From Megasphaera elsdenii DSM 20460 (GTDB lineage Bacteria > Bacillota > Negativicutes > Veillonellales > Megasphaeraceae): a DNA stretch of 32,000 bases. Positions 1-7,978 of the stretch are shown in pieces; within the stretch, counting starts at the first letter, position 1, and each line of letters starts with the position of its first letter. The notes below the pieces were generated by a model. That model was not told where the DNA came from. It searched no databases and saw only the letters and a list, made by a program, of their open reading frames with translations. The stretch lies in the NCBI RefSeq assembly GCF_003010495.1, contig NZ_CP027570.1, forward strand, positions 1 through 32,000, in the 5' to 3' direction. Made by a program: the position numbers and the translations under genes.

Positions 1-3000
1 CTGGCTCTTGTCTTCGTAGATGATGCGCGTTATGCCATCTGTCCCATCGACGCCTGCTTTACCTTTGTCGCCCTTGATGGTGAGGCCGTTGGCCCCATCC
101 TTGCCATTCAGGCCGATGCTGCCGTCCCTGCCGTTGATGACTACGGCCGAGCCGTCTTTGCCATTGACACCGATCGTACCGTCAACACCATTCTTGCCCG
201 GTTCGCCTTTTTCACCGACCGTGACGCTGTTGCCCTTGATGTCCTTGTCCATCTTGATGGTCAGGCTGCCATCGGTATTCCCGATGACCTTGAGGTTTTC
301 TCCGGAATAATTCGCATCCGCTTTCGTGCCTTCCCCTTGGATGGTCAGTTTCTGGCCCAGGTTGCGGTGAACGGTGACTTCCTTGTTGTTACCCTGGAAA
401 TCCAGGCCTTTCATTTTCAGGTCAGTTTCCGTAGTCTGAACAATGTTCTTCACGTCCCCGATATTCGCGCCGTTGGTCAGCGTGTTATAGGTCGGTTTGC
501 CATCAGCCGTGCCATCGGAGCCGCTGCCCATGTTCTTCACCTGGTTGCCGCCCAGCATTACATTGCCCTCTGTGATGGCAATATTCTTATTTGTATCATC
601 ATTCTTGATGGTCAGGCCGCTGTTGTCGATGGTGGTATTTCCCGTCGTGACACTCGTCAGGTCCGTCAGCTTCTTTGCCATCTGGACTTTCAGTTTGCCA
701 TCGGCCGTACTCTGGACAGCGATGTTCTTATCCGTCAGGTCGCCCTGGGCTCCGCCGACGATGTCGAGCTGTTCATTCAGTTTCTTCGTGATGACCTTAT
801 CATCATCGCCCTTGAACTTCAGGCCGTCATCAAGGGTAGCCACTTCATGTTTGGTCTGGCTCTTGTCTTCGTAGATGATGCGCGTTATGCCATCTGTCCC
901 ATCGACGCCTGCTTTACCTTTGTCGCCCTTGATGGTGAGGCCGTTGGCCCCATCCTTGCCATTCAGGCCGATGCTGCCGTCCCTGCCGTTGATGACTACG
1001 GCCGAGCCGTCTTTGCCATTGACACCGATCGTACCGTCAACACCATTCTTGCCCGGTTCGCCTTTTTCACCGACCGTGACGCTGTTGCCCTTGATGTCCT
1101 TGTCCATCTTGATGGTCAGGCTGCCATCGGTATTCCCGATGACCTTGAGGTTTTCTCCGGAATAATTCGCATCCGCTTTCGTGCCTTCCCCTTGGATGGT
1201 CAGTTTCTGGCCCAGGTTGCGGTGAACGGTGACTTCCTTGTTGTTACCCTGGAAATCCAGGCCTTTCATTTTCAGGTCAGTTTCCGTAGTCTGAACAATG
1301 TTCTTCACGTCCCCGATATTCGCGCCGTTGGTCAGCGTGTTATAGGTCGGTTTGCCATCAGCCGTGCCATCGGAGCCGCTGCCCATGTTCTTCACCTGGT
1401 TGCCGCCCAGCATTACATTGCCCTCTGTGATGGCAATATTCTTATTTGTATCATCATTCTTGATGGTCAGGCCGCTGTTGTCGATGGTGGTATTTCCCGT
1501 CGTGACACTCGTCAGGTCCGTCAGCTTCTTTGCCATCTGGACTTTCAGTTTGCCATCGGCCGTACTCTGGACAGCGATGTTCTTATCCGTCAGGTCGCCC
1601 TGGGCTCCGCCGACGATGTCGAGCTGTTCATTCAGTTTCTTCGTGATGACCTTATCATCATCGCCCTTGAACTTCAGGCCGTCATCAAGGGTAGCCACTT
1701 CATGTTTGGTCTGGCTCTTGTCTTCGTAGATGATGCGCGTTATGCCATCTGTCCCATCGACGCCTGCTTTACCTTTGTCGCCCTTGATGGTGAGGCCGTT
1801 GGCCCCATCCTTGCCATTCAGGCCGATGCTGCCGTCCCTGCCGTTGATGACTACGGCCGAGCCGTCTTTGCCATTGACACCGATCGTACCGTCAACACCA
1901 TTCTTGCCCGGTTCGCCTTTTTCACCGACCGTGACGCTGTTGCCCTTGATGTCCTTGTCCATCTTGATGGTCAGGCTGCCATCGGTATTCCCGATGACCT
2001 TGAGGTTTTCTCCGGAATAATTCGCATCCGCTTTCGTGCCTTCCCCTTGGATGGTCAGTTTCTGGCCCAGGTTGCGGTGAACGGTGACTTCCTTGTTGTT
2101 ACCCTGGAAATCCAGGCCTTTCATTTTCAGGTCAGTTTCCGTAGTCTGAACAATGTTCTTCACGTCCCCGATATTCGCGCCGTTGGTCAGCGTGTTATAG
2201 GTCGGTTTGCCATCAGCCGTGCCATCGGAGCCGCTGCCCATGTTCTTCACCTGGTTGCCGCCCAGCATTACATTGCCCTCTGTGATGGCAATATTCTTAT
2301 TTGTATCATCATTCTTGATGGTCAGGCCGCTGTTGTCGATGGTGGTATTTCCCGTCGTGACACTCGTCAGGTCCGTCAGCTTCTTTGCCATCTGGACTTT
2401 CAGTTTGCCATCGGCCGTACTCTGGACAGCGATGTTCTTATCCGTCAGGTCGCCCTGGGCTCCGCCGACGATGTCGAGCTGTTCATTCAGTTTCTTCGTG
2501 ATGACCTTATCATCATCGCCCTTGAACTTCAGGCCGTCATCAAGGGTAGCCACTTCATGTTTGGTCTGGCTCTTGTCTTCGTAGATGATGCGCGTTATGC
2601 CATCTGTCCCATCGACGCCTGCTTTACCTTTGTCGCCCTTGATGGTGAGGCCGTTGGCCCCATCCTTGCCATTCAGGCCGATGCTGCCGTCCCTGCCGTT
2701 GATGACTACGGCCGAGCCGTCTTTGCCATTGACACCGATCGTACCGTCAACACCATTCTTGCCCGGTTCGCCTTTTTCACCGACCGTGACGCTGTTGCCC
2801 TTGATGTCCTTGTCCATCTTGATGGTCAGGCTGCCATCGGTATTCCCGATGACCTTGAGGTTTTCTCCGGAATAATTCGCATCCGCTTTCGTGCCTTCCC
2901 CTTGGATGGTCAGTTTCTGGCCCAGGTTGCGGTGAACGGTGACTTCCTTGTTGTTACCCTGGAAATCCAGGCCTTTCATTTTCAGGTCAGTTTCCGTAGT

Positions 3001-3850
3001 CTGAACAATGTTCTTCACGTCTCCGATATTCGCGCCGTTGGTCAGCGTGTTATAGGTCGGTTTGCCATCAGCCGTGCCATCGGAGCCGCTGCCCATGTTC
3101 TTCACCTGGTTGCCGCCCAGCATTACATTGCCCTCTGTGATGGCAATATTCTTATTTGTATCATCATTCTTGATGGTCAGGCCGCTGTTGTCGATGGTGG
3201 TATTTCCCGTCGTGACACTCGTCAGGTCCGTCAGCTTCTTTGCCATCTGGACTTTCAGTTTGCCATCGGCCGTACTCTGGACAGCGATGTTCTTATCCGT
3301 CAGGTCGCCCTGGGCTCCGCCGACGATGTCGAGCTGTTCATTCAGTTTCTTCGTGATGACCTTATCATCATCGCCCTTGAACTTCAGGCCGTCATCAAGG
3401 GTAGCCACTTCATGTTTGGTCTGGCTCTTGTCTTCGTAGATGATGCGCGTTATGCCATCTGTCCCATCGACGCCTGCTTTACCTTTGTCGCCCTTGATGG
3501 TGAGGCCGTTGGCCCCATCCTTGCCATTCAGGCCGATGCTGCCGTCCCTGCCGTTGATGACTACGGCCGAGCCGTCTTTGCCATTGACACCGATCGTACC
3601 GTCAACGCCATCCTTGCCCGGCGTACCCGGTTCGCCTTTTTCGCCGACCGTGACACTGTTGCCCTTGATGTCCTTGTCCATCTTGATGGTCAGGCTGCCA
3701 TCGGTATTCCCGATTACCTTGAGGTTTTCTCCGGAATAATTCGTATCCGCTTTCGTGCCTTCCCCTTGGATGGTCAGTTTCTGGCCCAGGTCACGGTGAA
3801 CGGTGACGTCATTGTTGCCCTGGAAATCCAGGCCTTTCGTTTTCAGGTTT
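1..3850 (-). repeat. 855-bp (285-codon) tandem repeat array inside the adhesin gene; 4 near-identical copies plus a diverging fifth, truncated by the window edge
   Basis: Copies 1-855, 856-1710, 1711-2565 and 2566-3420 are identical except for one synonymous C>T at 3022 (GGG>GGA Gly on the coding strand). The copy starting at 3421 carries a 9-bp insertion at about 3621-3629 plus point changes. Homology fades by about 3850. The repeated plus-strand ORFs in the track (20, 875, 1730, 2585, 3440) show the same 855 period. Confidence 0.97.
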
Positions 3851-6800
3851 TCAGTATTCTCAGCAACCATATTAGCAACTGCATAAAGCTGGCTGCCATT
3901 AACAGCGTCTGTACTAGCTGCGGTAAGCAACCCTGGCGCGACATTTTGAATCCGGCGCGTAGCGTCTGGAGAACCAACACTCACAATACCTGAAGTAACG
4001 GTACCACCTGCATACGTCAGCGTCGCACCGCCAATTTTATCGCTAGTATAGGTTTTCGACTTTCCTTTTGTCGATTTACTTTCTAATTCTGAAGTATATG
4101 CTGATCCGCTTCCTAGGAACACGGAATTATCCGTTGTCTTCGTAACGAGATTCCCAAGAATCACAACATCATGATTGTCAGGATTCGTCACATTATTATT
4201 ATTCCCAACAACAGTGACCCCAGAGGCCTTTACCGTATTACTATGGCCTAAAATATTTGCACCAGAAAGGTCCGCTTTGCCGTCGGCCCGTTCAATCACA
4301 TTAGATTTGCCGATTGCCACAGATTCACTAGCTTTTACGGAAGTACTATCGCCAATGGCTATTGCCGGATAATTATACATCGATGTGTCCGTTAAGTTCC
4401 CCGAAGCTTTAGCCCCATAACCGATGGCAATGTCTTTCCCCGTCAGAGCCTCTGCCCCATTTCCGATAGCCAATGTATCCTTGCTTCCGGCTTGTGCACT
4501 GCGACCAAGCGCAATAGAATCATCTGCCGCAGCCGTACCGCCAAGACCAGCCAGAGAGTTGCCACCCAAAGCTTTGCTTCCCTCACCAAAAGCCAATGAG
4601 TTGTTGCCTTCTGCCGTGGAATCACTGCCGAAGGCTGTAGCACTTTCACCACTGGCAACCGTCCGTTCCCCAAAGGCCGTGGCATAGGTGCCGCTGGCTA
4701 CAGTGCCGATTTTAGACGTGGTCCCATCTCCATTGTCGACAACTTTGTCTCCGCCGCCCCAGGCTGTAGCATACTGCCCTGTTGCCTGGTTCTTGTTGCC
4801 AAAGGCTGTCGCCCCAGTTGCGGTTGCCTGGGTCAAATTGCCGAAGGCCGTAGCGTTCTGCCCGGAAGCCAGAGTATCGATACCAAAAGCCGTGGCATTG
4901 GATTGGGTCGCCTGGGTCCGCTGGCCAAAAGCCGTGGCCCGCTTTTCCGTGGCCTGGGTTCCCTGCCCGAAGGCCGTGGAATTGCTGCCGCTGGCCTTAC
5001 TCCGTTCCCCGAAGGCCACTGAATTATCTCCGATGGCTTGATTGTTGGCTGCTGGAGCCGTATTGTCCGTCTGTTGGCCTCCAAAGGCCAACGCATAGCG
5101 ACCGGAAGCTGTGCCATACTGGCCGATGACCGTAGCGCCTACACCATCCGCTTTGGCTCCGGTACCGATAGCTACGGCATTTTCGCCCGTTGCCGAGGCA
5201 CTGACCCCCGCAGCCAGGGCGTTACTCCCGGTGGCACCGGCATTGTTGTAGTTGCTATCGGTGGTCGAATCTACAGAGTTTACGCTGTAATCGTGGACAC
5301 CGCTGCCGCCGGTTCCGCTTCCCCCGCCATTGTTGACCAGATTAACCACCTGTTTCAGCTGGGCCACGTTGACGGCATCCGTATCTTCTTTCCCGGCGGC
5401 TACATTGGTAATCTGGCGGGTCTGCTGAGCATAGTGGACATTTTTCGATCCATCCCAGACATAATGGTCAGAAGAACCTACGGAAACAGCGGCCAGAGTA
5501 GAATTCCACACCGGATCGGAACCGGCATTGTGATTTTTGTTATTGCTTGCCGGGTCATATCCCCCCTGATTGTTGGCTTCCCGGTCTGCATAAGCCTGGC
5601 TGCCCAGAGCCACGGCATCGTGAACATTTAACGCAACCGCCGCGTTAGCTCCCATGGCCACACTACGCTGTGCACCATCATTAACGACAGCATTATAGCC
5701 GATAGCAACAGCACTACCACCGCTATTGCTTGTCTTAGAGCTGGCTGTACTAGCCTTGGCCCCGATGGCAATATCGTAGCCGGCCATAGCCTGTGCATTC
5801 GTACCAATGGCGATAATACTACCATCTTTGTTCGTCGCTACATCTCTATTATTTCCCGTATAGGCTTCATAGCCGATAGCAAGGCTCTGGCCGTTTTTTG
5901 CATTAGCGCCTTTACCGATGGCAATGGCTCCATTGATCCCTTGAGAATTATTATTGCCAATCTTGGCCTCATGACCAAAGGCGATAGAATCCTTTGTCAT
6001 GGCCTGCGAACCCGTGCCGATGGCAATGGAATCAGTGGCACCATTGTTATTGTTAGACTGTGCATTGACCGAATTACCGATAGCGATGCTGCCGTCATGA
6101 AGGGCACTGCTGTACTTGCCAATGACCAGGGCATTTTTTTCAGATTTGTTTCCAAGGCCTACGGCTATGCTGTAATCTCCGCTCTGCTTGTCTAAATTGA
6201 TTGGGCTGGTGTTTCCTTGATTATGGTCCATGGAAATCTTATTGCCGACACCTACGGCCATGCCGGAAATTTTATCAATACTATTCTTGTCGCCAGCAGC
6301 TAAATTATAATCGCCTTTAATCGTATTCTCTGAACCAATGGCATGGCTTTGATAAGCTTTCCGTTCTCTGCCACTCGACTGGAGCGCATCGACCGTATTC
6401 TGGTAGCCAATAGCACTGCTGTAATCACCATGAGCGGTATTTTCTACACCAAGGGTTGCCGTGTAATAGCCATCGGCATTGTTTGCGTGACCGATGGCTG
6501 TACTAGCGTACTTTGCTCTGTCATCCTTGCCGATAGCTACGGCGTTATAATCAGTATTACTGTTTTCACCGATAGCTACGCTATACTCTTTCGCATTGGA
6601 CTGATGACCAATAGCCACGGCCGAACGGCCTTCTGCCTGCACATCACTACCTAAAGCCACTGCATCGGAGGAGTCAATGAGACGTGGCACCATATAGTAC
6701 CGGTCTATAAAGGTCCCATCCGAAGCATAATATCCCTGCCGGCTGCTAGTAATGTTCCCATTTTCATCCAGCCAATAGCCGGCGGAATCCTTGTCACTAG

Positions 6801-7653
6801 TCAGTTTGCCATATTGGTCCACGTAGTAGGTGCTGACAGAGTTCAGGACCTTTGCCTTGTTGCCGATGGCTGTTGAATGGTTCCCCTCGGCTACGTTGTC
6901 TACACCCACCGCCGTAGCTCCACTGACGTAATAGGATTGTCGAGTCTGATTTTGGCTGTAATAGGTAGCCACGTTGTTGTATACTTCCACAGCTTTGTTG
7001 TAATCTTCGTCCGTACTATAATATCTTCGATCTGGATATTTAGCCCGAACATTGTACTCGTCATCCATGTATTGGCCTGGCGTCAGTTTATAGACTTCCA
7101 CCTGTTTATCATCATAGGTGCTTGTGTTAGGATTATAGACCTTTACGGTTATCCATTCCGTATCCATCTTCTGGTAGTCATAGGATGCATCTTCACTAAC
7201 CGGTTTCTTGGGATTTTCAGAATGAGTAAAGGTTCCCACGCCGTTGCGTGTCCCCAAGACAACGTTTTCCGGTCTATCTTCTATACGAGCATTCCCAGTC
7301 TTAGGGTCTTTCTGAATAGAAACGACTTCATTATCCTTGCCTACAATCAGATTTCCCTGAGAATCATAGGTGGCATAGGCATCTGTTCCTTGGGCGGTTG
7401 CATCTTTCTTATTTTCGATATTCACTGCCTGATTGGAAGACGGATTCCCACTGTTTGTAGCTGCTGCCTGAACCCAGTCTGGAGCAGTAAAGAGCGACGT
7501 CGTCAAGACAAAGGCTGCCAGGACAGTGGCTTTTCGACAACATCCTCTGCGGCTGCGACGTACATGGCCGACGTCATGGCTCTTGGCCAATTCTGAGACG
7601 ACGACATAACAATTTCTTGCTTTACTCCAAATAACTTTAAAGATTTTATTCAT
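1..7653 (-). CDS. Trimeric autotransporter adhesin (YadA/Hia-type, type Vc); 5' end complete, 3' end runs off the left window edge (at least 2551 codons)
   Basis: Absent from the ORF track because it has no stop inside the window. A reverse-strand ATG at 7653-7651 follows a GAGAGGGG SD-like run. Hand translation gives MNKIFKVIWSKARNCYVVVSELAKSH, the extended signal peptide region of type V autotransporters. The frame was open everywhere I translated (7653-7000, 6720-6661, 6060-6001, 4740-4621, 3960-3601, 855-1), and 7653 is divisible by 3, so both ends share one frame. YadA-head-like 14-residue repeats (SIAIGTGSQA, TAFGERTVASGESATAFGSD) span about 6900-4000. A canonical neck, ATRRIQNVAPGLLTAASTDAVNGSQLYAVANMV, lies at 3963-3865, followed by 285-aa stalk repeats. 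The C-terminal beta-barrel anchor must lie outside the window. Confidence 0.9.
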   Translation of the reverse strand, partial: MNKIFKVIWSKARNCYVVVSELAKSHDVGHVRRSRRGCCRKATVLAAFVLTTSLFTAPDWVQAAATNSGNPSSNQAVNIENKKDATAQGTDAYATYDSQGNLIVGKDNEVVSIQKDPKTGNARIEDRPENVVLGTRNGVGTFTHSENPKKPVSEDASYDYQKMDTEWITVKVYNPNTSTYDDKQVEVYKLTPGQYMDDEYNVRAKYPDRRYYSTDEDYNKAVEVYNNVATYYSQNQTRQSYYVSGATAVGVDNVAEGNHSTAIGNKAKVLNSVSTYYVDQYGKLTSDKDSAGYWLDENGNITSSRQGYYASDGTFIDRYYMVPRLIDSSDAVALGSDVQAEGRSAVAIGHQSNAKEYSVAIGENSNTDYNAVAIGKDDRAKYASTAIGHANNADGYYTATLGVENTAHGDYSSAIGYQNTVDALQSSGRERKAYQSHAIGSENTIKGDYNLAAGDKNSIDKISGMAVGVGNKISMDHNQGNTSPINLDKQSGDYSIAVGLGNKSEKNALVIGKYSSALHDGSIAIGNSVNAQSNNNNGATDSIAIGTGSQAMTKDSIAFGHEAKIGNNNSQGINGAIAIGKGANAKNGQSLAIGYEAYTGNNRDVATNKDGSIIAIGTNAQAMAGYDIAIGAKASTASSKTSNSGGSAVAIGYNAVVNDGAQRSVAMGANAAVALNVHDAVALGSQAYADREANNQGGYDPASNNKNHNAGSDPVWNSTLAAVSVGSSDHYVWDGSKNVHYAQQTRQITNVAAGKEDTDAVNVAQLKQVVNLVNNGGGSGTGGSGVHDYSVNSVDSTTDSNYNNAGATGSNALAAGVSASATGENAVAIGTGAKADGVGATVIGQYGTASGRYALAFGGQQTDNTAPAANNQAIGDNSVAFGERSKASGSNSTAFGQGTQATEKRATAFGQRTQATQSNATAFGIDTLASGQNATAFGNLTQATATGATAFGNKNQATGQYATAWGGGDKVVDNGDGTTSKIGTVASGTYATAFGERTVASGESATAFGSDSTAEGNNSLAFGEGSKALGGNSLAGLGGTAAADDSIALGRSAQAGSKDTLAIGNGAEALTGKDIAIGYGAKASGNLTDTSMYNYPAIAIGDSTSVKASESVAIGKSNVIERADGKADLSGANILGHSNTVKASGVTVVGNNNNVTNPDNHDVVILGNLVTKTTDNSVFLGSGSAYTSELESKSTKGKSKTYTSDKIGGATLTYAGGTVTSGIVSVGSPDATRRIQNVAPGLLTAASTDAVNGSQLYAVANMVAENTENLKTKGLDFQGNNDVTVHRDLGQKLTIQGEGTKADTNYSGENLKVIGNTDGSLTIKMDKDIKGNSVTVGEKGEPGTPGKDGVDGTIGVNGKDGSAVVINGRDGSIGLNGKDGANGLTIKGDKGKAGVDGTDGITRIIYEDKSQTKHEVATLDDGLKFKGDDDKVITKKLNEQLDIVGGAQGDLTDKNIAVQSTADGKLKVQMAKKLTDLTSVTTGNTTIDNSGLTIKNDDTNKNIAITEGNVMLGGNQVKNMGSGSDGTADGKPTYNTLTNGANIGDVKNIVQTTETDLKMKGLDFQGNNKEVTVHRNLGQKLTIQGEGTKADANYSGENLKVIGNTDGSLTIKMDKDIKGNSVTVGEKGEPGKNGVDGTIGVNGKDGSAVVINGRDGSIGLNGKDGANGLTIKGDKGKAGVDGTDGITRIIYEDKSQTKHEVATLDDGLKFKGDDDKVITKKLNEQLDIVGGAQGDLTDKNIAVQSTADGKLKVQMAKKLTDLTSVTTGNTTIDNSGLTIKNDDTNKNIAITEGNVMLGGNQVKNMGSGSDGTADGKPTYNTLTNGANIGDVKNIVQTTETDLKMKGLDFQGNNKEVTVHRNLGQKLTIQGEGTKADANYSGENLKVIGNTDGSLTIKMDKDIKGNSVTVGEKGEPGKNGVDGTIGVNGKDGSAVVINGRDGSIGLNGKDGANGLTIKGDKGKAGVDGTDGITRIIYEDKSQTKHEVATLDDGLKFKGDDDKVITKKLNEQLDIVGGAQGDLTDKNIAVQSTADGKLKVQMAKKLTDLTSVTTGNTTIDNSGLTIKNDDTNKNIAITEGNVMLGGNQVKNMGSGSDGTADGKPTYNTLTNGANIGDVKNIVQTTETDLKMKGLDFQGNNKEVTVHRNLGQKLTIQGEGTKADANYSGENLKVIGNTDGSLTIKMDKDIKGNSVTVGEKGEPGKNGVDGTIGVNGKDGSAVVINGRDGSIGLNGKDGANGLTIKGDKGKAGVDGTDGITRIIYEDKSQTKHEVATLDDGLKFKGDDDKVITKKLNEQLDIVGGAQGDLTDKNIAVQSTADGKLKVQMAKKLTDLTSVTTGNTTIDNSGLTIKNDDTNKNIAITEGNVMLGGNQVKNMGSGSDGTADGKPTYNTLTNGANIGDVKNIVQTTETDLKMKGLDFQGNNKEVTVHRNLGQKLTIQGEGTKADANYSGENLKVIGNTDGSLTIKMDKDIKGNSVTVGEKGEPGKNGVDGTIGVNGKDGSAVVINGRDGSIGLNGKDGANGLTIKGDKGKAGVDGTDGITRIIYEDKSQ

Positions 7654-7694
7654 AGGATATCCCCTCTCTTTGAATATATTTCATAATAAGATAT

Positions 7695-7712
7695 ATGAAA
7701 TATTCGTGCCAA
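7695..7712 (-). promoter_or_regulatory. Candidate sigma-54 (-24/-12) promoter upstream of the adhesin gene
   Basis: The reverse strand reads TTGGCACGAATATTTCAT, i.e. TGGCACG-N4-TTTC against consensus TGGCACG-N4-TTGC. The -24 element and the spacing are exact, but the conserved G of the -12 GC is a T. It lies about 40 nt upstream of the adhesin ATG and downstream of a sigma-54 activator gene. An alternative sigma-70-like TTATAC-N17-TATAAT (-10 at 7749-7754, minus strand) also exists. Confidence 0.3.
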
Positions 7713-7788
7713 ATAGAGGGAATTACAAATAGATGGGTCTATTATGCCATTATAGCCTCGTTTTGCAACGCGTATAAAAGTGTCATAT

Positions 7789-7805
7789 TGTTGCTAAATG
7801 CAACA
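7789..7805. promoter_or_regulatory. Perfect inverted repeat TGTTGC-N5-GCAACA; candidate activator (UAS) site
   Basis: tgttgc taaat gcaaca was read directly. A third TGCAAC half-site lies at 7764-7769. These sit 50-95 bp upstream of the -24 motif, the usual distance for bacterial enhancer-binding proteins. Confidence 0.2.
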
Positions 7806-7844
7806 TTTTATGGCAAAAAATATTATACTGAGACAGGGCATAGT

Positions 7845-7975
7845 AAAAAAGCTTGCCTCATGTGCGACAAGCTTTTTAAGTGGTTAGTGGCTAGTGGTTA
7901 GCAGATGGCTTTAAATATAAAAACCATTACCTCAAACATAGGAGAAAGGGACCTTGCATGATGTTCGCTAATTTC
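7845..7975. repeat. Composite palindromic intergenic element, copy E1 (hairpin - heptad arm - GGATGG/TTTAAAT core - AC arm - half hairpin)
   Basis: An A-run plus hairpin gcttgcctcatgtgcgacaagc plus T-run lies at 7845-7880. Heptads gtggtta gtggcta gtggtta follow, then the core gcagatggctttaaatat at 7901-7918, the AC-rich arm cctcaaacata, and a half hairpin aaagggaccttgcatgatgttcgc that abuts the activator stop codon at 7979. On the minus strand the 7845-7880 hairpin is followed by TTTTTT, so it is the likely terminator of the activator gene. Confidence 0.75.
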
Positions 7976-7978
7976 GCG

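Noticed and set aside
1-3850. Whether any of the repeat systems (the 855-bp array, the heptad arrays, the repeated hairpins) is a CRISPR array.
   Set aside because: The 855-bp units are contiguous coding repeats without spacers. The heptads are too short. The hairpin elements are dispersed singly at gene ends, with no repeat-spacer alternation and no cas genes.
337-3993. An uninterrupted 1218-aa plus-strand ORF (the longest in the track), plus the repeated 96-aa and 125-aa plus-strand ORFs at 20, 497, 875 and so on.
   Set aside because: These are antisense shadows of the adhesin repeats. The opposite strand carries an ESPR signal peptide, YadA-head repeats, a canonical neck and in-frame 285-codon repeats. 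The plus-strand products are low-complexity (V/A/D/I/L-rich or P/S/L-rich) with no start context, and they simply repeat with the 855-bp period.
4175-7596. Numerous 60-240-aa ORFs on both strands inside the adhesin head region (for example 5038-5631 +, 6877-7596 +, 4443-4685 -).
   Set aside because: All are out of frame with, or antisense to, the continuous adhesin frame that I verified at several points. Their compositions are low-complexity reflections of the 14-residue head repeats.
7695-7901. A 68-aa plus-strand ORF in the adhesin promoter region.
   Set aside because: It has no SD, an AT-rich arbitrary composition, and it ends inside element E1 (the WLVASG tail is translated heptads). 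The region is better explained as regulatory DNA.
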